A stretch of DNA of 33,785 bases from an uncultured bacterium (GTDB taxonomy: Bacteria > CAYJRR01). Below, piece after piece: positions 33,752 to 33,785 of this stretch. Below the pieces are notes generated by a model that was given only the letters and a program-made list of their open reading frames with translations, searched no databases and was not told the DNA's origin. Made by a program: the position numbers and the translations under genes. Within the stretch, counting starts at the first letter, position 1, and each line of letters starts with the position of its first letter. The DNA lies in contig CAYJRR010000042.1 in assembly GCA_964372275.1 (NCBI GenBank), positions 1-33,785 on the forward strand, read 5' to 3'.

Positions 33752-33785
33752 CGGAGGAACGATCCTAACCGATCGACCCGGCTAG

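Overview
GC-rich (roughly 70% by eye) bacterial chromosomal segment, probably Myxococcota/deltaproteobacterial-like. This is inferred from an AgmX/PglI-type domain, an RdgC-like gene and the DUF151 C-terminal tail. It holds about 34 CDS and one tRNA-Thr(CGT), with no integrase, transposase or CRISPR. Recognisable housekeeping genes are cardiolipin synthase (partial), an MFS transporter, yajQ, mutS, mpl, queE and queC. The most striking element is a ~10 kb stand-alone type II FAS/PKS-like cluster (8866-18910). It contains a FabZ-like dehydratase, two intact ketosynthases, two ketosynthase homologues lacking the catalytic Cys, FabD, FabG, FabL, an unusually long ACP, AcpS and an acyl-ACP-reductase-like enzyme. 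No FabH or thioesterase is present, which suggests a dedicated pathway for an unusual lipid released by reduction. Other oddities are an in-frame TAA interrupting the DUF151 gene, an AT-rich inverted heptamer-repeat hairpin after queC, several apparent pseudo-enzymes (DHH-like; MBL plus aspartyl-protease-like), and a recurring -10-box-then-ATG (leaderless-like) gene start pattern. All calls come from motif recognition by eye; no searches were run.
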